Below are positions 7,801 through 18,289 of a stretch of DNA of 64,000 nucleotides, piece after piece; the stretch's first letter is position 1; each line of letters starts with the position of its first letter. The notes beneath the pieces were generated by a model that ran no database searches, was not told the origin of the DNA, and saw only the letters and a program-made list of their open reading frames with translations. A program made the position numbers and the translations under genes. Where the stretch lies: assembly GCA_050613775.1 (NCBI GenBank), contig JBODTK010000116.1, forward strand, positions 372,001-436,000, written 5' to 3'. This DNA is from Neocallimastix sp. 'constans' (lineage: Eukaryota).

Positions 7801-9707
7801 ATCCAATTGCTTTTATTTCTACTAGCTTAACTAATTCCCAAAGAAATTACCCTATCTATGACAAAGAACTTCTTGCTATTAAAGTTGCATTGGAAGGATG
7901 GAGACATTACTTAGAAGGAGCTCGCCATCAGTTTATTATTTATACTGATCATAAGAATTTAACTTTCCCTCGAAAACCTGAACTTCTTTCCCAACGCCAA
8001 ATTCGTTGGTATGAATTCTTATCTAGATTTGATTTTAAACTAATTTACAGAGCTGGTAAAAAGTCAGGTAAACCAGATATTTTATCAAGACGTAGTGATC
8101 ATTTATTTGCTAGTGTTCGTCCTATTTCATGCGTTATTAATTCATGTAGTTTTAAGAATGATTCTTTAATCTCCTCTATTCATGATTCTCTAGCTAATGA
8201 TGAATTCTATTGCAAAATAACTGAATTTCTTAAAAATGATAAATCAAAAGATCCCCCTTTTAGTAAAATCGATAAATTTTCTCTTGACAAAAATGGTTAT
8301 TTACTTTTTGAAAATTTAATTTATGTTCCCAATAAAATTAGAATAAGAGTTTTAGAACTCCATCATGACTCTATTTCTGCTGGTCATTTTGGAATTAATA
8401 AAACTATTGAACTTATTTCTCGTAATTTCTGGTGGCCTAAATTACAAAAAGATGTTAAAATGTTTATTAAATCTTGTGAAATTTGTTCAAAATCCAAAAT
8501 CCCAAGACATAAGCCATATGGTTTACTTTCTCCACTTTCTACACCAAATAGAGCCTGGTCTGCTATCTCTATGGATTTTATTGTTGAACTTCCGAAATCC
8601 AAAGATATGACCACTATAATGGTTGTTGTGGATCGCTTAACTAAAATGGCTCATTTTATACCATTTAGATGTCTTCCTACTGCTTCTATTGCTGCTGATT
8701 CTTTCATTGCTAATATTTTTAAACTTCATGGTTTCCCCGATTCTATTATTTCTGATCGTGGTTCTCAATTTACCTCTGATTTTTGGAATCGTCTTTGCTC
8801 TCTTTTAAATATTAAGCATTCTTTTTCTACTGCTAATCACCCGCAGACTGATGGTCAAACGGAGAGGGTGAACTCGATATTGGAACAATATCTTCGTTGT
8901 TTCATTAACGAAAAACAAAATAATTGGTTTGATTTATTACCTTTTGCAGAATTTTCCTATAATAATACTTTACAACAGTCAATAAATCAATCACCTTTTT
9001 TTGCAAATTATGGTTTTAATCCGAAATTTAATCCTGAAATTCCTTCAAATGAGAATCCGCATAGAGCTGAGAAAAGAATATTAAATATTAATGAAAACAT
9101 TAAATTTTTAAAAGAAAACTTAGAGCAAGCAAAAAAGACTTATAAGAAATATGCAGATCTGAAAAGAATGGATTCTCCAGATTTTAAAGTAGGAAATAAA
9201 GTTTATCTTTTAAAGGGTAATACAACAAAGAAAAATAGAAAATTATCTGATCAACTAATAGGACCTTTTGAAATAATAAGAAAAGTTAGTGACTTAGCGT
9301 ACGAACTTAAACTTCCTAATAATATGCGTTGTCACCCTGTATTTCATGTTTCACTTCTCGAACCTTACCATGAAAATGAATTTTCAAACAGAAGAAATAC
9401 TCGTAGAAGAAATATTAATCTTAATACGGATACAATTGATAGAACTCCTGAAAGAATAATTAAAATGAAAACCTTTAACAATAAGAATCGTTACTTGATT
9501 AAATGGAAAGGATGCGATTTTAGTGAAAATACTTGGATTGATGAAGATCAAATTCTTGATAGACAATTAATACAAGAATATTACAGAAAAGAAAAGAAGA
9601 ACAAATCTTCGAATGTTAACAACGAATTCTGTCAACCACCTGATGATGCAAACGAGTACTATGTTAGACATAAATATCAACCTTTTGTAATTGATCTTCC
9701 TTCTTAA
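4884..9707 (+). CDS. gag-pol: Element B Gag-Pol polyprotein (single ORF)
   Basis: CCHC knuckle CYYCKKPGHRYFNC; protease LIDSGS; RT YIDD; RNase H VETDAS...YDKELLA; integrase [22 protein letters not shown] motif; C-terminal chromodomain (YLIKWKG...NTW). First ATG at 4938; TTG at 4884. Confidence 0.97.
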   Translation: MEGFNNLIRRFEDLNLQEMNQENHQVLPRNNQKIVNEPPLFSGIKKDFDGFLTRAEIAMEANPQGFNNDHTKVRFIISYLVGDPLIWASNLRRNNDPLLNVYEDFIQELRNQFGEQDMSTVVANGKLCSIRQHKFGHVSEYINEFNKISRHSDFNDSAKIYMFVKGLHYKMREHLAVVNPNPNNLRRLFTDVLSIESLTKRHEINEFFYHNYYHRKEINNNNHASTSDPMEIDLYRIKRGQTNTSYFPSNQKLYQENSNSRDEERRKGLCYYCKKPGHRYFNCPNKKKPAGVKIISKQENTATTPSSSLRRIRRINSQEDIVKVRKIVEEQNSLLTKKSNIIDFYIKTNDTEEVKARVLIDSGSDLNFIHPEFAKAFGIKTQQIEEPFRVTGLGYGISTVKKETEKCILRLKNHLETIQLYVLRIPDVDIILGLPWIEKHSPYNYHDAKKISFGSGFCARHCNNGKRKRKNKIKNKKKNKGKESATDLEENKIIEDSRKRKSFFDSDSESDSEEEISIRGRRTRIRTCTEFINSDSDSDINDTFMLDNFSDSISDSDNFSDSDDIIVMNCDSKISTNSLRILKKICESSKCKKLNVIEKCNDEDNNLNKDGEKVEVPEIYLMFKEVFNENNCNVLPPHRNYDCEIKLKDNCSLFYGPLYPLTETEREELKKYLEENLKKGFIRKSSSPAGAPILFVRKKDGTYRLVIDYRKLNEMTIRNSYPLPLISELLDRVKGAKYFTKLDLKSAYNLVRIKEGDEYKTAFRTRYGHFEYLVMPFGLKNAPATFQHFINDVLSDYLDDFVISYIDDILIYSNTLEEHHVHVKKVLRKLLENHLVVKLEKCEFDVTETTFLGYVLSRDGIKMDKEKVKAILDWPVPTNVKEIQSFIGLCNYYRIFIKDFAKIANPLHKLTRKNVPFNWSSEQQKAFDTLKELFTTAPILKHPDSNKQFIVETDASNFAVGAILSQEFDGHLHPIAFISTSLTNSQRNYPIYDKELLAIKVALEGWRHYLEGARHQFIIYTDHKNLTFPRKPELLSQRQIRWYEFLSRFDFKLIYRAGKKSGKPDILSRRSDHLFASVRPISCVINSCSFKNDSLISSIHDSLANDEFYCKITEFLKNDKSKDPPFSKIDKFSLDKNGYLLFENLIYVPNKIRIRVLELHHDSISAGHFGINKTIELISRNFWWPKLQKDVKMFIKSCEICSKSKIPRHKPYGLLSPLSTPNRAWSAISMDFIVELPKSKDMTTIMVVVDRLTKMAHFIPFRCLPTASIAADSFIANIFKLHGFPDSIISDRGSQFTSDFWNRLCSLLNIKHSFSTANHPQTDGQTERVNSILEQYLRCFINEKQNNWFDLLPFAEFSYNNTLQQSINQSPFFANYGFNPKFNPEIPSNENPHRAEKRILNINENIKFLKENLEQAKKTYKKYADLKRMDSPDFKVGNKVYLLKGNTTKKNRKLSDQLIGPFEIIRKVSDLAYELKLPNNMRCHPVFHVSLLEPYHENEFSNRRNTRRRNINLNTDTIDRTPERIIKMKTFNNKNRYLIKWKGCDFSENTWIDEDQILDRQLIQEYYRKEKKNKSSNVNNEFCQPPDDANEYYVRHKYQPFVIDLPS

Positions 9708-9732
9708 AGTTAATCTCGCAGGAGCTCGACTT

Positions 9733-9743
9733 AAGGGGCGAGA
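9733..9743 (+). promoter_or_regulatory. Polypurine tract of element B
   Basis: AAGGGGCGAGA just before the 3' LTR; near-identical to the tract of element A. Confidence 0.8.
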
Positions 9744-9744
9744 T

Positions 9745-10517
9745 TGTAAAGATATTATTAATATCTTTATAAATTTTAATTAAATTTAATCATAAATTTA
9801 AGTAAAATTGAAATAAATCTATTAAAAATCACGTGTATAAAATTATTGCAAATAATTTTAAACAAAACTTCGACTTCTTCCCAATCATATTAATAAATTA
9901 AAAATTTCTCTTGTGAAACTAGTAATTGAAAATCATTTCTTTTTATGTAATTTAATTTAAATAATAAGAGTTAAGGTTTTTTACAAGATAAATTAACAAC
10001 ATGAAACTATGCAATTAGTCATGTTGAAACTTGCGGCATTTTATGCTAAAATTATATTAAATAATTATGACAACTTTTATATTAATTTTAAATAGAAAAT
10101 ATATAATAAATTTACTAATAATATTTAAATAATAAATAAATAATAAATGAACTCAATTAGAATTGATTATATTTATTTTAGTTATTAATTATAATTCTCT
10201 TTATTTAGTAATAGTTAATTATTTATTATTAGTTTAGGTTAGTATTGTTTTTAAATAAATAGTTAGATAATATAATTCAATAGGAATTATATATTCTAAA
10301 TGTAATAAGATAAAAATATAAATAGTTAACCAAATTTCATGTATTTTAATCGATGTAATTGTTATTAACGATTTATTGTTAATAACACTAATAATTAATA
10401 AAGATTATTTTAAAATCTAAATATAATAAAACTTATTTGTTTATAAAACATTTTTGTGTTATTTAGTGTTATTATAATTTTTGACTTATAATCTATTTTT
10501 TAAATCAAAACTTTATA
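9745..10517 (+). repeat. 3' LTR of element B
   Basis: Direct repeat of 3731-4503, followed by TSD CAACC. Confidence 0.96.
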
Positions 10518-10522
10518 CAACC

Positions 10523-13500
10523 AGAACTATAATCAAAATTTATATGTTGAAAATAAAAGAGACTTTTCTGAAGAAAAGAAAAAAGGTCTTTGTTTTTTAT
10601 GTAAACAACCAGGACACTTACAGTTTAATTGTCCTAACAGAAAAAGACCTTCTGGAGTTAAACACAAGAATAAAATTAGAGAAACAGATGAAAATCTTCC
10701 ATCGGCAAAATTAAGAAGAATTAGAATGATCAAGGAATCCGATGATGCTCAAAAAATTAGAGCTATTACTGATGAAGAAAATGCTATGAATAAAAGAAAG
10801 AACAATATAATTACTTTCTATATAAAAACAAATGATATTGAAGAAGTTCCAGTTAGGGTTCTTATCGACTCTGGCTCGGATTTGAATTTTATTCATCCTT
10901 CGTTCGTTAATAAAAACAAAATTAAATTGAATGAAGTTAAAAGATCTTTCAATGTTACTGGACTAGGATATGGTATCTCTACCATCTACGAACAAACTGA
11001 AAAGTGTATCTTACGATTCAAGAACCATTTTGAAGTTATTCAACTCTATGCACTTTATATTCCTGATGTAGATATCATTCTAGGTATTCCTTGGATTGAA
11101 AAGCATTGTCCAATGAATTATCATGATTCAAGAAAAATATCCTTTCCTTCTGGTTATTGCGCTAGGAACTGTAATAATGGTAAAAGAAAAAGAAAAAACA
11201 AAAATAGAAGCAAGAAAGGTTCAAAGAAGTGTAAGATCGATATCGAACCTGAAGAAGAAAATTCCTATGAACCAAGTACTCCATATAAGTGTAAACCCCT
11301 CTGGGATTCCGAATCAGAAAGCGAAGCTGAATACGTCCGTGGAAGAAAAGTTAGAACCATTAATGATAGTGATAGTGATAGTGATAGTGATAGTATTAAT
11401 ATTAGTGTTATAGATAATGATTGTAGTAAAGAAAAAATTAACTTTTGTAATTTTAGAAAACTTAGTACAATAGATAAAATCAAAAAATCATGTAATTTTA
11501 TTAAATCATGTAAAAATGAAATTTTAAATAAAGAAAGTAAATTGGTCGCCGAACCAACAAACTATTTTTTTTCTTATCAAAATTGTGTGTTAGACAATTT
11601 GTGTAACTGTCTGATTATTCAGAATTTAGATAATAATAATATTGTTAACGATAGTGATAATAAAATTTCTATTCCTCCTTGTTATCTCGATTATATTGAA
11701 GTTTTTGATGAAAAGAATTGTGATAAATTACCTCCCCATAGAGAATATGATTGTGAAATAAATTTAAAGGATAATTCAATTCTATTCTATGGTCCTATTT
11801 ATCCTTTAACAGAAGCAGAAAGGGATGAATTGAAAAAGTATATTAAAGAAAACTTAGCAAAAGGATTTATTAGAAAATCCAAATCACCAGCTGGTGCCCC
11901 TGTCTTATTTGTTAAAAAGAAAGATGGCACTTTGAGATTATGTATTGATTACAGAAAATTAAATGAAATGACTATTAGAAATTCATATCCTTTACCATTA
12001 ATAAGTGAATTAATTGACAGAGTTAAAGGTGCTAAATATTTTACTAAGTTAGATCTTAAATCTGCATATAACTTAGTAAGAATAAAAGAAGGTGATGAGT
12101 ATAAGACTGCTTTTAGAACTCGTTATGGACATTATGAATATCTTGTTATGCCTTTTGGGTTAAAGAATGCACCTGCTACATTTCAACATTTTATAAATGA
12201 TGTTCTTAGTGACTACTTAGATGATTTTGTTATCTCATATATCGACGATATTCTTATTTATTCAAATAACTTAGAAGAACATCATGAACATGTTAGAAAA
12301 GTGTTGAAAAAACTTTTAGATAATAATTTATATGTTAAACTAGAAAAATGTGAATTCGATGTAACGGAAACCTCCTTCCTGGGCTACATCATATCTAAAG
12401 ATGGTCTTAAACCTGATCCTGAAAAAATTAAAGCTATTTTAGATTGGCCTGTACCTACTAATGTCAAAGAAGTTCAGTCATTTATTGGACTTTGTAATTA
12501 TTATAGAGTTTTCATTAAAGATTTTGCCAAAATAGCTTTACCAATACATAAACTCACTCGTAAAAATGTACCTTTTATTTGGGGACCTGAGCAACAGAAT
12601 GCTTTTGTTAAATTGAAAGAACTTTTCACATCTGCTCCAATTTTAATTAATCCTGATAGTAATAAACCGTTTATCGTTGAAACTGATGCTAGTAACTTTG
12701 CAGTTGGAGCTGTTCTTTCTCAAGAAGTTGATGGCAATCTCCATCCAGTTGCCTTTATTTCTTCGAGTTTGACTAAGTCTCAAAGAAACTACCCCATTTA
12801 TGATAAGGAACTTCTCGCTATTAAAGTTGCTTTAGAGCAATGGCGTCACTTTTTAGAGGGTGCTCGTCATCCCTTTACTATTTACACTGATCATAAAAAT
12901 TTAACATTTCCTAGAAAACCGGAAATGCTTTTGCAACGTCAAATTAGATGGTATGAATTTTTATCTCGTTTTGATTTTAATATTGTCTATAGATCTGGGA
13001 AAAAATCGGGTAAACCTGATTTACTATCTAGGAGAAGTGATCATTTATTTAATTTTGAATTTAATTCTTCTTGTCGTGTTATTAACTGTTTTACTATTAA
13101 TAATGATACCCTTGCTAATTCTATTTTGAATGCTCTTGAGAATGATGAATTCTATAATTCTGTTAAATCATCCTTATCTATTAATAATGCTGTTAACCCT
13201 AAAATTCAAAATATTAATAAATTTATGATTGATAAAGAAGGATTTTTACTCTTTAATAATCTGATTTATGTTCCTAAATCGATTCGAACGAGAGTTCTTG
13301 AACTCCATCATGACTCTCCTACTGCTGGTCATTTTGGTGTTTCTAAGACTCAAGAATTACTTAGCCGCAATTTTTGGTGGCCTAATTTTTCTCTTGATGT
13401 TAAAATATTTATTAAGTCTTGTGAAGTTTGCTGTAAATCAAAAATTCCTAGACACAAGCCATATGGACTTCTTTCACCCTTGTCCACTCCTAATAGAGCT

Positions 13501-14676
13501 TGGTCTGATATTTCTATGGATTTTATCGTTGAATTATTTAAGTCTAAAGATATGACTACAATTATGGTTGTTGTTGATCGTTTGACTAAAATGGCTCATT
13601 TTATTCCTTTTCGTTGTCTTCCTACTGCCTCAATTGCTGCTGATGCTTTTATCTCGAATATTTTTAAATTACATGGTTTCCCTGATTCTATTATTTCTGA
13701 TAGAGGATCGCAATTTACATCTGAATTTTGGAATCGCTTATGTAAACTTCTTGATATTACTCATTCTCTTTCTACCTCCAACCATCCGGAGACTGATGGT
13801 CAAACGGAGAGGGTGAACGGAATATTGGAACAATATCTTCGTTGTTTCATAAATGAAAGGCAAAATAATTGGGTCGATTTACTACCTTTCGCTGAATTCG
13901 CTTACAATAATACTTTACATCAATCTATAAATCAATCACCATTCTTCGCAAACTATGGTTTTAATCCTAAATTTAGTCCTGAGATTCCATCCTCAGAAAG
14001 ACCAAGTAGAGCTGAAAAAAGAATATTAGATATTAATAAAAATATTGAATTTTTAAAAAGAAACTTAGAAGAAGCTAAGAAAACTTATAAAAAATACGCC
14101 GATTTGAAAAGACTTCCTTCCCCTAATTTCGAAGTCGGTAAAAAAGTTTGGTTACTTAAAGGATCTACTACTAAGAATGTTAAAAGAAAACTAGCCGATC
14201 AATTGATAGGTCCTTTTGAAATAATTGAAAAAGTTAGTCCCTTAGCGTACAAACTTAAACTACCTAATAATATGCATTGTCATCCAATTTTTCATGTTTC
14301 TTTACTTGAACCTTATTATGAGAATGAATTTGAAGATAGAAATGTTAATAAACGAAAGAGTATAAATTTAACTACAAATAATTCCGATATGATTCCAGAT
14401 AAAATAATTAATATGAGAACTTATAAAGGAAAGAATCGTTTTCTTATCTCTTGGAAAGGATCAAATGAAGACTCTTGGATAGATGAAGATCAAATTTTAG
14501 ATAAACAATTAATTCAGGAATACTTTAGAAAAAATAAGAAAAATAAAACAAGAACAAAGGATCAAGAATCTATTAAGAATGATGATCATGCCAATGATTT
14601 CATTGTAAGACATAAATATCAACCCTTTGTTATAGAACTTCCCTCAAGAAATGATTCTCGCAGGAGCTCGACTTAA
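10523..14676 (+). CDS. pol: Element A Gag C-terminus plus Pol (PR-RT-RH-IN-chromodomain)
   Basis: After the TSD the frame reads [38 protein letters not shown] (CCHC) straight into the 10726 ORF; LIDSGS, YIDD, TDAS, integrase D,D,E, GPF and chromodomain present. Confidence 0.96.
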
Positions 14677-14685
14677 AGGGCGAGA
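14675..14685 (+). promoter_or_regulatory. Polypurine tract of element A
   Basis: AAAGGGCGAGA just before the 3' LTR. Confidence 0.8.
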
Positions 14686-14686
14686 T

Positions 14687-15417
14687 TGTAAAGATATGAT
14701 CAATATCTTTAGTACATTAATTAATTTATTTTGTACATTAAATTATTTAATGTAATTCACGTTTACAAAATAATGCTAATGCATTAAATTATGTAAAATA
14801 TATTAATTTATGAAATTAATTGATTTATGAAAATTAATAATAAATTTATATTTCATATAATATATAAATTTAAAAATATAAAATTAATTTTTAAATAACC
14901 TAAAATTTAGTAATAAAATATATTAATAATTCTAGTTTAGTTTAATTTTAGTTTAGTTTAATAATCATAAAAATTAAATAGTAATATATAATTAATAGTA
15001 TTAATAATAAAAGAATAATAAATAAATAATAAATAAGAACTTATTCAATTTGAGTCAAAACAAATTGAATAAAAAGCTTATTGAATTAGTTTTAGTTTTT
15101 TATAACTTTATTTAATTTTAGATTAGTTTTTGTTTATTTTATATTGAATATATATTTAAATAAATAGAAATAGTATATTATAATATAATTAAGAAAAAAT
15201 ATAAATACATGTAAAATTATTCTATTAAAGAAAATGTAGTTGTTATTAACTATTTTGCAGTTAATAACTAATAAAAAGAATTTTTATAATAAAGTGATTA
15301 ATAAAAGAATTTTTTTTAAAAAATAAATTTCATTTGAGTATTGTTATTGATAGTGTTGTTTTTTTGTTTTTTTGTTTTTTTCGTAATTGTAATCTGCTCC
15401 ATAAGGAACATTTTACA
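14687..15417 (+). repeat. 3' LTR of element A
   Basis: Direct repeat of 1769-2499, followed by TSD CTCAC. Confidence 0.97.
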
Positions 15418-15450
15418 CTCACTTATATAAATAGTTATGTTTTCTTCCAT
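15418..15450 (-). pseudogene. First 11 codons of the MULE transposase remnant
   Basis: ATG GAA GAA AAC ATA ACT ATT TAT ATA AGT GAG (MEENITIYISE); joins the minus-strand frame at 1763 when element A is removed. Confidence 0.72.
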
Positions 15451-15844
15451 TTATAAATTTTAATATATAGTTTTTAATTATATCTTTTAAATTATTATAT
15501 TAATTATCTAAATAATATTTTTTAATATTAATTCTGAACAATTAAATATTCAATTTTTTTTAAAAGATAAAAAGTATTTTAATTATTTCTTTTTCTTTTA
15601 ATTTTTTTTAAAAAAAAAACAGATACATAAAGTATATATGAAAATATTTTAATTTTTATTATTTAAAAATAAATTATTTATTTAATGTATATAAAAAAAA
15701 TTTAATTATTTATTTATTCTAAATTAATATTAATTATTTTTTTTAATATATACTAATAAAGAATTTATGAATTAATTAATTATTTTATTTATATTATAAT
15801 CTAATTAAATTATTAACTTTTAAGTCTTTTTAAAACAACAAATA

Positions 15845-16352
15845 TATATAGCATTTTTTAGCATATAAAGTAGAACTGGGCTTTCTACTGGTTGTTATGT
15901 GGCGACTTAATAATCATCTGGTGTCCGGCCAACCCCTGCTGGTATCTATTCTTGATCTGATTTTCCCGATAGTGTTTGGAGAAAGGGTAAAGGGGTTATA
16001 ATGGCACAATTTCAGGTAAGTATTAATTCCGCTCCTACCATTATTGGATTGCCACGTATTTAATTTCTATATTTGATCACCCATGGCATCCTAGTGTAGT
16101 TGTATAGCCTATACTGTGAGGGTTACGAGTTCAATTTCTATAGGATAACACGGATGTTATTTGGCAAGACATGTCTACTGGAGCTACCTCTGCTTAGGAA
16201 TTTGGAGCGCTGACGTCGTACTGATATAGTATAAGATATATATACCAAAGTATATATGTTCTTTACAAGCCCATATATATAATATGGGATAGACATGTGA
16301 ATTCATATGTGTAAAAAACCTATTTATATATCTCTACAAAACGGTTGCTATA
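15845..16352 (+). ncRNA. Candidate large structured RNA of unknown family
   Basis: GC-richer island with no long ORF; at least 7 nested stems in 15896-16058 plus further hairpins, with non-Watson-Crick pairs almost all G-U on the + strand. Confidence 0.45.
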
Positions 16353-17883
16353 ATATATAAATAGTAATTGAAATGTGAACAACAAATTTTAATTTTTGAA
16401 ATTTCAATTTACAGCTATAATTTAAGTCTTATAAAAATATTATTTTGTAATTTTTATTATTATTTAATATTTTATTTATAAATTATATATAAAATAAAAG
16501 GTTTAATTCTATTATTAAGATGTTATAATAACAACTAAAGTTTTAGTTATAATATAAAAAATTAATATTTTAAATAATATTAATTTAAATATAAATTTAT
16601 AAAATAAAATTTTTTAATAATAAAATATAAAAATATTATATTGATATTAATAATAAAATATAAAAATATGAAAATATAAAAATATAATATTAATAGAAAA
16701 ATATAAAAATATAATATCAATAATAAAATATAAAATATAAAAATATAATATAAATATTAATAATAAAATATAAAAAATAAGGTTATAAGGAAAATAATTA
16801 TTTATCATTTTCCTTATAACATGATTGTCAAAAAAAAAAAATTATATAAAAATATTTTATTTTTTTTTTATTTATTTATTTATTTACTTATTTATTTATA
16901 CATTTATTTCTTTTTTACTTAAAATTATATTAAATTTTATGGCGTAATAATATAAATTTTAAAAGCCACAAATAAATAGATGGCTTATTAAAATTTCAAA
17001 AAAAATTGGCGAAATGGACCACATTCATTAATAAATTACATATAAAAAAAAAGAATTTTTATTATTTATTTAATTTTTATTTATTTAATTTCAAAAACAA
17101 GCCACATACGAAAATACGCCATATTACGAAATGTACGATTGTGAAACGTACTAGATTCTATATAATATATAATATTTCATTTCATAAATTTTATTTTTCA
17201 TTTAAATCATGTAATTTTATTATTATTATAAATATTATTATAAATTAAATAAAATTATTCTTTAAGTCAAAAAAAAAAAAAAAAATATTAGTGTAAATAT
17301 ACCTCTAATGAGTTATACTTAATTGTAGTGTAAGTGTACCTTTATAAAAAAAAAAAAAAAAGATAAATTTTATATTTAGTACTTTTTTTTTTTTTTGCTT
17401 TATTATACATTAGGTTCTATATATAAATATATAAATAATTTTTTCTTTCTTTCATTTTGACAATTAATATATTGAAATATTTAATATTAACCGCTTTCAT
17501 TTTCTCAATAATATTAAGTAATTAATTATTTTTGTTTAGAGATTTATATTAAAAACTTTTTAAAAAACCAATAAAAATATTATATATAAATATTTAATTT
17601 TCATTATTTTATTATATTATAAAAAAAATATCATTTGATATATATTTATCTATTTATTCTATTGTTGTAACCACACTTCCATATACATATATACGAATAA
17701 TAAGGATTATAGAAAAAAAAAAATTCAATTTCTTATCATATTATCATATTATTATATATTTAAATATAAATTTCATAATAAAATTTTTATAATAAGTGGA
17801 TGTTGTGAATTTTTACTATAAATCAAAAGCTTTTTTCTCGATTATTATTACAATTATTACTACCAATAAAACAATATTTTTTT

Positions 17884-17918
<35 letters not shown>

Positions 17919-18289
17919 TACTATTAAATTATTGGAAAAAAATATTATTTAATTTATTTATTTTTTATTTTTTTTATTTTGATTTATTTATCATTAATAT
18001 TAAAATTTTATTATTATTATTTGAATTAGTGGTTAATATTTTTATAATTATTAATTATTATTTAATTTATTATTATTTAAAAATTTTTATTTTTATTTTT
18101 ATTTTTATTTTATATTACTATTAAATTTTAACCACTTCTCTATAATTAAATTTTAAATTAAAAAAATTTCATTAATAAGCATATAAAAATAGCTCCAAAT
18201 AGTTTTCATTTAATAACTATAATTTTTATATTAATTTTTTATTAACATGCAATGAAAAAATATTAAATTAATATAAGTTTATTATTATT

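Larger units (their letters stand above)
3731..10517 (+). mobile_element. Ty3/Gypsy chromovirus-type LTR retrotransposon B (inner), structurally intact
   Basis: 773-bp LTRs at 3731-4503 and 9745-10517; 5-bp TSD CAACC at 3726-3730 and 10518-10522; one open gag-pol ORF. Confidence 0.97.
1769..15417 (+). mobile_element. Ty3/Gypsy chromovirus-type LTR retrotransposon A (outer), interrupted by element B
   Basis: 731-bp LTRs at 1769-2499 and 14687-15417 with TG...CA ends; 5-bp TSD CTCAC at 1764-1768 and 15418-15422; gag-PR-RT-RH-IN-chromodomain order. Confidence 0.97.
423..17158 (-). mobile_element. Mutator-like (MULE) DNA transposon, non-autonomous, hosting two nested LTR retrotransposons
   Basis: Identical 9-bp flanks TATATAATA at 414-422 and 17159-17167; G...C termini. 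Imperfect TIR: TACATTTCACAATCATGCATTTCGCAATGTAGCATAT (431-467) vs the reverse complement of 17114-17150. A second inverted block (GGTCCA..CGCCAA..TTTG.GGCTTTT) lies at about 630-680 vs 16955-17020. Internal transposase remnant on the minus strand. Confidence 0.8.

Noticed and set aside
3560..13816. Small alternative-frame and antisense ORFs within the retroelements
   Set aside because: Shadows of the gag-pol frames or LTR junctions, with no independent motifs.
10726..14676. Separate pol gene starting at ATG 10726
   Set aside because: The frame is open upstream through the CCHC knuckle to the TSD; it is the severed half of one gag-pol ORF.
16001..16021. ATGGCACAATTTCAG|GTAAGT as the first exon of a gene
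   Set aside because: A good donor site, but no downstream coding exon was found and it lies within the paired region.
16105..16230. U3 snoRNA (CTATACT..AGGG..ATTTCTATAGGA resembles box A'/A)
   Set aside because: Extra bases split the motif, and no box C (TGATGA) with proper box D spacing follows.
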